From NCBI GenBank assembly GCA_003650545.1, contig QMQO01000005.1:1-47773 (forward strand): a stretch of 47,773 nucleotides of DNA, in the 5' to 3' direction. The notes under the pieces are model-generated. The model saw only the letters and a list, made by a program, of their open reading frames with translations, was not told the DNA's origin and ran no database searches. Below are positions 27,723 to 35,945 of the stretch, piece after piece. The position numbers were made by a program, and so were the translations under genes. The stretch is from Candidatus Woesearchaeota archaeon (GTDB lineage: Archaea > Nanobdellota > Nanobdellia > Woesearchaeales > B72-G16). Within the stretch, counting starts at the first letter, position 1. Each line of letters opens with the position of its first letter.

Positions 27723-27739
27723 TATATAAATGTTGTTGG
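27723..27739. repeat. 17-bp direct repeat copy 2 (also a minus-strand BRE/TATA-like core)
   Basis: TATATAAATGTTGTTGG, identical to 25705-25721. Confidence 0.7.
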
Positions 27740-28045
27740 ATTTTTTTTAAATTGTGTTGTCTAAAGCTTAGATAAGGCTTAGGCTATTATTGAAATTTTA
27801 AAGATCAGTCCTTGTCTTCTTTCTCTATTATGTTATGTTAAATTAGGGTGGCATTAGTAAGAGTTAAGTCAAGGGGTTAAACTGCTCTGTTTCATTTGGT
27901 TTTATTTTCTCTCCTATTAGCAGAGAAAAAAATAAAAGTCACCAAAGGTCAAGAAGCATCTAATATTAAGTTAGGCTATCAGAGAGCAAAATACATAAAT
28001 ACCTGTATTTTATAGCGCTTTATAGCTGATGCACAGGGCTACCAG

Positions 28046-29008
28046 ATGAGACTATGTATATACCTAACTGTTTTGCTGCTTTTACTCTCTCTAGCGTCAG
28101 CTGGCAGATACATCAACATAACCTCTCCACTAGATGGCAAACTGTATACAGCTGATGGTTATTCTTTTTTCTATGACAGGACAACAGGGATCCCAACGCA
28201 TCAGATAAAACAGACTGTAGATGTGACACCAGATGTTGCTTTTGTTCATTATAGCTTGACTGGGGAGCTGTTGCCTGCTGGCAAGGAGGCTAATGATATG
28301 TTCTTCTTTGCAAACAAAACTTGGAACACGCAAGAGTTCACAGAAACTATTACTGCATATGACAAGGACAACAAAACTTTGGAGATCGTGAATGCAACCT
28401 TCACAATAAGTTTTTTAACAAGGCAGACTGTTGTTCAGAGAAGAACAGCTCTAAAGCCAGAGCTTGCTATCATCTTCACAGATGTAATAATAGACGCTAT
28501 AAACAGGTTTATACATATTAAGAATCTTGAGATGTTAGATGAAATCTATAGGATGACTCAAGAGATGGTTACACTCAACAAGGAAGCTTCTATTTTGTTA
28601 GGATATGAAAATCAAACTTTTGTGAGGATCGAGATCACACCTAAACAAAATCTAACTGATTTTATTGTCATTGAATATATCCCAAAAGGCTTGGTCAATA
28701 GCACTGATCTGATTCAGCCTGAGGTACCAGAAAGTGTTACATTTGAGATCCTCGAGAAGGACCCACTTATGGTGTGGCATTTTGAGGAGGTTACTGATAA
28801 GGTGGAGATAAGGTACACAATAAGGAAAGAGATCGACCCTGATCAGATCAATAATGCTAAAACGATTGTGTTGGCTGATGAGGCATTAGCTTTATACCAG
28901 GAGGGCAGAGGCTTGAGTTTGTTATGGAAGATTCTGCTGCCTGTTATCATTGTACCTGTTGTGGTTATAGTTTTTATTTTTGTGTCATTGTATAAGCTTA
29001 AAAAATAG
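28046..29008 (+). CDS. Type I membrane surface protein, hypothetical
   Basis: Signal peptide ending ASA; VIEYIPK...DPLMVW beta-sandwich-like domain; C-terminal TM with a KLKK tail. Confidence 0.75.
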   Translation: MRLCIYLTVLLLLLSLASAGRYINITSPLDGKLYTADGYSFFYDRTTGIPTHQIKQTVDVTPDVAFVHYSLTGELLPAGKEANDMFFFANKTWNTQEFTETITAYDKDNKTLEIVNATFTISFLTRQTVVQRRTALKPELAIIFTDVIIDAINRFIHIKNLEMLDEIYRMTQEMVTLNKEASILLGYENQTFVRIEITPKQNLTDFIVIEYIPKGLVNSTDLIQPEVPESVTFEILEKDPLMVWHFEEVTDKVEIRYTIRKEIDPDQINNAKTIVLADEALALYQEGRGLSLLWKILLPVIIVPVVVIVFIFVSLYKLKK

Positions 29009-29121
29009 ATAAAATAAAATTGGGTTATATTTTTTTGTTAAAAAATCTAGTTTTTTAGATATTCTGTTATCATGTTATTGGCTGCTTGAAGATAAATTCT
29101 TGAAGACAAGTAGAATGTTTA

Positions 29122-29580
29122 TTATATAGGTGTGCTAACTGTTGGTATATCTTCATAAACAGGTGCACCAGTTGTTATAGAAATTCTAGGTGCTGAGCCT
29201 GATCTGCCTCCAGGGAAAACTGCTGAGCCAATAGCATAACCAACAGTGGCAATGCCTCCATAAACGCCGTATGCACTCAAACCAGCACCTGCGACACCTC
29301 CTGTCGCAACAACAGCAACTACTGCAACAATAGCCATAATTATCCCACCAAGACCACCAGAACGTCTGCAGCAGTAGACAACACTCGTTCCTGTCCAATG
29401 ATTTTGCATGACTCTTAAATTGTCTGTTTTTGATTTAGCCATGGTGAGATAAAATGTGTGCTTATGATCTGGATAATAGCAATCTTCACAATGGCCGTTA
29501 AGCCAACCAGCTGTTGAAAATGGTATGCTAAGTATTAAAATCATGATTACTAAAGCTTGAAATATCTTTTTATGTTTCAT
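29122..29580 (-). CDS. Small exported protein with a Gly/Ala-rich hydrophobic hairpin
   Basis: Signal peptide, HCEDC...CC, then GGLGGIIMAIVAVVAVVATGGVAGAGL...GYAIGSAV. Confidence 0.7.
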   Translation of the reverse strand: MKHKKIFQALVIMILILSIPFSTAGWLNGHCEDCYYPDHKHTFYLTMAKSKTDNLRVMQNHWTGTSVVYCCRRSGGLGGIIMAIVAVVAVVATGGVAGAGLSAYGVYGGIATVGYAIGSAVFPGGRSGSAPRISITTGAPVYEDIPTVSTPI

Positions 29581-30281
29581 TCTTTTAAATTTTCAAAACA
29601 CTTTTGCTTAATTGTTTTGTTAATGATCTCATTGCAAAGCTTTTCATTTTTATAAATGATTGCTGCTTTCTGGTATTCAACATCATTGCAGAATTTATAG
29701 ACAGTGCTGTGACAGATTTTGTCAGAGCCAAGTATGATAGATTTACAAAATGCTCTGTCTTCATCACTGGCTATATTCTCACAGTTTATTGCTTTGTTTT
29801 CCTTGATTGATGTAAACAGATAAACAAGGTCTTGGCACGCTGCTTTCTCTTGGCTGTTTAAGCAATAACTTATATTCTGGGTGGCAAAGGCTTGGCATGT
29901 TGCTTTATCGCCCATGAAATTCTGAAAAGGAAGTGAGCAAACATCTGCATTTCTTATGAAGAATGCTTTGCATAACACTTTAACATTATCAATAACAATT
30001 TGTTCGCATTTGTCTATGTTGTTGCTTTTAATGGCGCTCATTAACTTGTATGTTTCTGTGCATGCCAAGTCGTTTCTGCAATAACTTATATCATTGTTTG
30101 TTATAGCAAGACAGATTAGGTTTTTGTTTGCAGCTTCACACGCTTTGATATCACCTTTAACAATTGCTTTAATTTCAGCAAGCGGTAGCTCTCGCAACTT
30201 TGTAGGGAGAGTGGTGATTATAATAATTACGATAATTATTGTCAGCAAAAGAGCAATGATAATGAGTTTTGATTTTTTCAT
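29577..30281 (-). CDS. Membrane-anchored Cys-repeat protein
   Basis: N-terminal TM and about eight C-x(5-12)-C units (e.g. CEQIVIDNVKVLC, CENIASDEDRAFC, CNEIINKTIKQKC). ATGA-coupled to the downstream gene. Confidence 0.75.
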   Translation of the reverse strand: MKKSKLIIIALLLTIIIVIIIITTLPTKLRELPLAEIKAIVKGDIKACEAANKNLICLAITNNDISYCRNDLACTETYKLMSAIKSNNIDKCEQIVIDNVKVLCKAFFIRNADVCSLPFQNFMGDKATCQAFATQNISYCLNSQEKAACQDLVYLFTSIKENKAINCENIASDEDRAFCKSIILGSDKICHSTVYKFCNDVEYQKAAIIYKNEKLCNEIINKTIKQKCFENLKE

Positions 30282-30455
30282 CTATCTAAAACAACTCTAA
30301 AAGCTATATAAATCTTTTCAACATTTAGTTGCCATTTACGAGAAGTAACTGGACTTTTTAACTAGGTTTTTTATATGATTTTCAGATTGATTTTTAGAAA
30401 TCTTTATATATGAAAAAAAGATGTTTTGTACAGAAGGGTGGAAAAAAAGAGGGAA

Positions 30456-33400
30456 ATGATGAGAAAAGCTCGTTTATTATTATTTTTAATGCTATGTTTA
30501 GTGATTTTTAGTTCTAGTGTGTTTGCAGGTTTTCCTGATTATTGTGATGTTCCTGCACTTAGAGGAGGTAATTGTTGTCAGCTTGTTGGTTGTTTGGATG
30601 TTAGCTCGGCTGGGGATTGTGGTTATTATTCTGGTAAGGGTGTCAGGGCAGTGGGAAAGCCAACACTAACAAGAAGAGGCGATGGTTTTAAGCTGAAGTA
30701 TGTTTATTTTGTGAAGGGGACAAGAGCATATAATTCAGAGATTGGTGTGATAAGTGCAGATGGTGGAGAGCAGGTGTTGGGTGTTAAAGGACAGGATAAA
30801 ACAATCAATATATTAAGTGGAGATAAACCAATTAATGTGGCTTTGGTTTATATTCATCTGCCAGGTAGTGGGGGAGAGGGTGAAGAGCATTTATATGTGA
30901 CGATCTACACAGAGCTCGATGAAGACGGGCTTATGGCTCATCTACAGCCAGAAGAGACAAATATAGATGCAAGGATGGATGAGTTTGTAACAGATGTGTT
31001 TACTCCTCCAGAGTCAGATGAGGATGACTATGTACTTAGTGAGGATTTTAGTTTTCAAAGTGATGGAACTCTGCATCCTGGTTCTCACTGTGACTATTAT
31101 TCTGGTCAGTGTGTAACTTTAGATTGTAGAGATGAAGACCAAGACTGTGTACCAGAATGTATAAACCCTGATGTCTGCCCTGGGCCTGGCGATAACTTGA
31201 GATGCGCAGACCATACCTTTGGTATGTTTGACCAGTGTCCTAATAGTGGTGGGCGTGATTTAACAAAAACAGCAGGATGCTATGACATTCCTTATCCAAT
31301 AGACACACCTGGCTGTATACCTAAGCCAGATGGATCATGGGATTGCTCGATGGTGGGAGCAGAAACACCGCATTATGTCCATGGAGAGGTTTTCTGGAAT
31401 AATATAAGACTTGAGAATATGGGTGATATCTATGAGGAAAATTATGTCGAAGATGATTTTCTAGAACATGATAAAGCTTATATGTCGCCTTTTGGAAGCA
31501 CCTTTACTTATAGGTTTGACATTGGTTGTTATACTTTAGATAACAAACTGAAACAGGCCTGCGCATACGAAGCACCTGCTAATGTTTACCATGCCTTGTT
31601 TTATGGTGAGTTTTCGAGTCGTTTGGTTTCGACAGGGAGAAACGGTAAGCCATTGCTCTGTAGCCAGCTAAGCAGTCAGCTTGGAGGCCTGAGTTTTTCA
31701 GGTGGAGAGATTATATATTGCGATCTTGACAAGGTCAATGCATTGAGGGCTGACGAGGATCGTGAGAGATGCCAGGGAATCGTCCAGACCATGTATAATG
31801 ATTGTGAAGTGACTGGTAACGCAGATACAACATGCACTCAAGAGGAAGGTAGTTCAAGCAAGTTTACATCTTATAGTGACCCATCATTGTATCCAATTGT
31901 TTATCTGCCAGACTCAGAGGATGTAAATGTTAAGAGGAAAGAGACAGTGTATGAGGATGGAACTTTTATGAAAAAAATTGGGGGTAAAATGGTTCCAAAC
32001 CAACGTCTGGTGTCGCAGAGGTGCTGCGGCGATGATCCTTTTTTGCAGGATACTGGAATGCTTGCAGGAGATAAAAAATATCTCTGCACTGTCTTTGGAG
32101 AGAATAAAGATGGCTATAACATGTATGGCTGGCTTGATTACTCGTTAAACCAAGGAAATATCTTTGATGCCTTTAACAGGAGTGCACGGGAGGCCCATCG
32201 CAAGTATAAGATTGAATATTCGACAGATCTAAATGATTTTCCTTGGAGAAGTAAGTTTAGCGCAACAGGAGATGTTCCTCATGCTTTTTGGAATATAGCT
32301 ACTTTTGATGACGAGCAGTGGTTTGATGATCCAATCATAGTAGATGATATCCCTGGAATAAACACCAGAGCAATCTGGGACAGAGAAGGCTTTGGAAAGC
32401 CAGGCTATGTTTTTCTAAGGGGTGTGTTCAATCTCCCAGAAAGAATAGAAAGTGATGAAAATATTTTTTTGAATGTGTCTGCAGGGGACGACTATTATGT
32501 TGAGATAAACGGAAATGTGGTGGCAGAGGGTAGTGGTTTTAATACCATAGATGTTTCGGGAACATTACAGCAAGGTTTGAACATAATTGCGGTAAAAGCG
32601 TATGATGAAGATGGCGTTGACCCTGGGTTTGCTGCGGTGTTGTATGGAACATATGTTGGGGTTAATCCCCTGGAGCCTGAGCTTTTTGATGTTGAGCACT
32701 ATCATATTCTTGCTGATGATGAAGGTTGGGTGGCCTGCGATGCTTACAATGACGGTGCAACTAATTTTGTTGGAGGAAGAGTGTTACAGGAGAGAGACAT
32801 AGAGGAGTATGCTGAAACAACGGTTGAGCCTGAAGTAGTGTTCCAATATATGTGCCATAGTAATGAAAGTGCAGAGTATATTGATTTGCGGAGAGGGATG
32901 GGGTTTACTGAATCAGAAAATTCTGGTGAGTTTTTTTCTGTGTGTTCAGATAAAGAGCTGGATAACAGCCCTAATAAAAATCCATTAACAAATTATAGCA
33001 ATAAAGACATAGGAGAATATATTGCCGCGGGAAATAATATCTATTATTGTGTGGAATATCTTGGCAGTTATGAATGGAGAGATAATCTTGATAATGAGTA
33101 TGTGGCTAGTGCTTGCAATGCCGCTGGCCATGAGTTTAATGGTAGGTATTTTGTTCACACAGGAAGTAAATGCTGTGGCGAAGATTTTTTCAAGGGCGAA
33201 GCTGGCTATCTTGAATATTATAATGATGATATTGCTTCTCGCTACCAGCTACCTTCTGATTTTTTGTTGGGTGGGTGCTGGGCAAATGTGCCTGTGTGGA
33301 GCGATACAAGGTTATATGATTCTGCTAACTTTATCGTGAATGGTAATTTTAGCGATAATCCTGAAAAGGTTGGCTGGGTTGTTGATGATAATGTCAGATG

Positions 33401-35816
33401 GTATAAGATTGGAACTACACAAATGGTAGTGAAAAATAGGATTACGCCAGACGGATACTTTCTGATGATGGGTGATGATGATCTGCCCTCTTCAATCAAG
33501 ACTCGAGATTATATCCCTGTAAATGATATGGATTATTTTATTGAGGCGTCTGTGGCTGGAAAAGGACAAATCTTGAACTTCACTATTACATATTATGATG
33601 CTGAGTTTAATTATATGACTGAGGAAGTAATAGGCCCTGGGCTGATCGACGATGATGTTCTTTCTGAGATGCGGGATGAGGGTAATACTGGCTGGTATAG
33701 AGGAGAATGGGGATTTAGACCACCAGAAGGTACTTTTGCTATTAAGATCAAGGTAAATGTTGATGGTGATGTTTGGATAGATGACATATATATGCGGGGC
33801 AGTAAAAAAGTGATGAACTTTAAGGGCTGGTTCTATGGCTGTAATACCTCTGAAAGCAATCTTGCCTTAATGAATGAGACCAAGGATATAGGAGAGGCGC
33901 CTGACAATTTCTTGACTGATAAACCTCTTTTAAACCATAAAAACTTTTGCGAGTCAGTAAATACCTCACCTACAGAGTATGCGAACTTCTTCTGCTCTTT
34001 TAAGAATGGGGGAGAATGGAGTAGTGACGGGAGGGTGTTTGCTGATGGTTTCTCAGGGCAGACTGAGTATTATGCACCTTACCACCGTAACCAGTCAGCA
34101 AGCTTACCTAAACTAACAGAGCCAAGCACAAACCTAGAGCTTCAAGACAATGAATGTTGTCCTGTTGGTTATTGCTGGAATGGTACGGATTGTCTTGGAA
34201 ATGACGCGCCACATCCGCTAAACCCGACTATAGGCATGGTGTGGGATGCTGCAGGGATTAGCATGAATATTGGCGAGATCATTGCAGAAGAAGGCTATAG
34301 GGATGGAGAACGTTGCATTAATGGAAGATGGACATGGCAACGCGTTAAGAAAGATTGGAACAATAAGCGCGAGGGGTATTGTGAATTCGATAGCCAGTGC
34401 TTGGTACATCCTGAAGGTGTCTATGTCCCAACAGGGAATCCTTATGATCTGGACGGATTCTCGAATCTAGAGAATTATGATGATTTTATTGAACATCCTA
34501 CATCTGGACAGTTAGAGATAACACCTGCGTGCATAAACGATTCTTTTTTTATAAGGGATCATTACTGTAACAATGGAACCTGGACAACAAGGACAAAGTT
34601 GATCGCATCCTACCTGATAAACATGACAGATGCAAACATGGACTTTGTGCTACACTGTGATGATTCTTTCCTTGCTCTAAATCCTGTACAAGGCTCGTTT
34701 ATACTTGATGTGGCTGACTATGGCTTTGTGAGGGGTGTTGATGAGAATTATTATAATAATTTCTGTACCCTAACATTAAATCCTGGTTCACAAGAACAAG
34801 TGGTGGTTGGGAGCTCGATAAACCAGCTTTTGCCAACAAAAGATACAGCAGATGCTGATATAGGACAAAGATCTGTCTTTAGATCTTACCTAGTAAAAAC
34901 CGAAACCACATTGGGGAACAGGATAGAAGCAAAACATTGTGATGCTGCGATTGAAAATCCATTTATGAACTATACTGGCTGTGACATGGAAAAAGGAGAT
35001 ATCTGGTTTAACAATGCGACACAGTCAATACTTTACTCTAACAAAGAGATCAGTCCAGTTTCAATTTCCTGGCTTTATGACTATATTGATAATCTTGCTA
35101 ATTTTGGGCTAACAGGAAAGGCTCAACAGATTCTGGGGATAGATGTCAACCTGACTGCATACGCGTTTGACAAACTTTATGTTAATCATAGAGCAGATGG
35201 ACGCAGAGTTATTGGTTACTTTGCAAAGGCAGGCGAGAAGGATTATTACATGATCAATTTTACTGGCTTTGGCGTGAACCTCACTAGGTTTGCGGCTGGT
35301 CTTGGCCACGAGGTCGAGGAGCTGCTTAATGTAGAAGATAACATGATTGTGAGCAAACAGGGAAGTTACGAGAGCCTATCGCCTCTCTGGATCAAGCTGA
35401 CGGCTCATCTACGACTTGGGTTGCTAGAAGGAGAGGAAACAGTGGAAGAGGAAGAAGGGCTTACAGGCGATGAGTATTATTGTGATACAACAGGCGGAGT
35501 TTGGGTGGATGCAGGTAATTGTGAAGATACCTGTAGTGCAATGGTTGATGCACAGGGTTGCGTTACTCTGACAAGCTCTGGCTGTGATTGTGGTCCAGGT
35601 AGGTGCTGGGATGGACAGAGATGTATTGATGATGATGAGGCGTGGAGCGGGAGATGTGAAGCAGAGGGAGGAATCTGGAAGACAAATGACCAAGATGCAT
35701 GCACATTTTACTGTATTCCTGGAAAATGCGCTTCACAGATATTTAAAGGCTGCGACTGTGGCATTGGCAGATGTTGGAATGAAACTATAAATAAATGCCA
35801 ACCAAGATTTACATAA
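30456..35816 (+). CDS. Giant secreted Cys-rich protein with probable carbohydrate-binding jelly-roll domains
   Basis: Signal peptide ending VFA; W...FDDEQW...RAIW...FLRGVF...DDYYVEING...LQQGLNIIAV (glycosidase-associated jelly roll-like); NFIVNGNF...VWIDDI (CBM4/9-like); duplicated C-terminal Cys module. Confidence 0.85.
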   Translation: MMRKARLLLFLMLCLVIFSSSVFAGFPDYCDVPALRGGNCCQLVGCLDVSSAGDCGYYSGKGVRAVGKPTLTRRGDGFKLKYVYFVKGTRAYNSEIGVISADGGEQVLGVKGQDKTINILSGDKPINVALVYIHLPGSGGEGEEHLYVTIYTELDEDGLMAHLQPEETNIDARMDEFVTDVFTPPESDEDDYVLSEDFSFQSDGTLHPGSHCDYYSGQCVTLDCRDEDQDCVPECINPDVCPGPGDNLRCADHTFGMFDQCPNSGGRDLTKTAGCYDIPYPIDTPGCIPKPDGSWDCSMVGAETPHYVHGEVFWNNIRLENMGDIYEENYVEDDFLEHDKAYMSPFGSTFTYRFDIGCYTLDNKLKQACAYEAPANVYHALFYGEFSSRLVSTGRNGKPLLCSQLSSQLGGLSFSGGEIIYCDLDKVNALRADEDRERCQGIVQTMYNDCEVTGNADTTCTQEEGSSSKFTSYSDPSLYPIVYLPDSEDVNVKRKETVYEDGTFMKKIGGKMVPNQRLVSQRCCGDDPFLQDTGMLAGDKKYLCTVFGENKDGYNMYGWLDYSLNQGNIFDAFNRSAREAHRKYKIEYSTDLNDFPWRSKFSATGDVPHAFWNIATFDDEQWFDDPIIVDDIPGINTRAIWDREGFGKPGYVFLRGVFNLPERIESDENIFLNVSAGDDYYVEINGNVVAEGSGFNTIDVSGTLQQGLNIIAVKAYDEDGVDPGFAAVLYGTYVGVNPLEPELFDVEHYHILADDEGWVACDAYNDGATNFVGGRVLQERDIEEYAETTVEPEVVFQYMCHSNESAEYIDLRRGMGFTESENSGEFFSVCSDKELDNSPNKNPLTNYSNKDIGEYIAAGNNIYYCVEYLGSYEWRDNLDNEYVASACNAAGHEFNGRYFVHTGSKCCGEDFFKGEAGYLEYYNDDIASRYQLPSDFLLGGCWANVPVWSDTRLYDSANFIVNGNFSDNPEKVGWVVDDNVRWYKIGTTQMVVKNRITPDGYFLMMGDDDLPSSIKTRDYIPVNDMDYFIEASVAGKGQILNFTITYYDAEFNYMTEEVIGPGLIDDDVLSEMRDEGNTGWYRGEWGFRPPEGTFAIKIKVNVDGDVWIDDIYMRGSKKVMNFKGWFYGCNTSESNLALMNETKDIGEAPDNFLTDKPLLNHKNFCESVNTSPTEYANFFCSFKNGGEWSSDGRVFADGFSGQTEYYAPYHRNQSASLPKLTEPSTNLELQDNECCPVGYCWNGTDCLGNDAPHPLNPTIGMVWDAAGISMNIGEIIAEEGYRDGERCINGRWTWQRVKKDWNNKREGYCEFDSQCLVHPEGVYVPTGNPYDLDGFSNLENYDDFIEHPTSGQLEITPACINDSFFIRDHYCNNGTWTTRTKLIASYLINMTDANMDFVLHCDDSFLALNPVQGSFILDVADYGFVRGVDENYYNNFCTLTLNPGSQEQVVVGSSINQLLPTKDTADADIGQRSVFRSYLVKTETTLGNRIEAKHCDAAIENPFMNYTGCDMEKGDIWFNNATQSILYSNKEISPVSISWLYDYIDNLANFGLTGKAQQILGIDVNLTAYAFDKLYVNHRADGRRVIGYFAKAGEKDYYMINFTGFGVNLTRFAAGLGHEVEELLNVEDNMIVSKQGSYESLSPLWIKLTAHLRLGLLEGEETVEEEEGLTGDEYYCDTTGGVWVDAGNCEDTCSAMVDAQGCVTLTSSGCDCGPGRCWDGQRCIDDDEAWSGRCEAEGGIWKTNDQDACTFYCIPGKCASQIFKGCDCGIGRCWNETINKCQPRFT

Positions 35817-35945
35817 GTACATAACATAATAAGTATAATAACCAAACATCAGAATAACCAAACTAAACAATGTCAAATAAAATGAAAACAATAAACAATG
35901 AAAATCAAATTAACTAGAACTAAAAAAGAATGAAAAGTGAAAATC

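Noticed and set aside
25700-27800. Provirus around the holin-like gene
   Set aside because: No integrase, capsid, terminase or lysin genes are recognisable.
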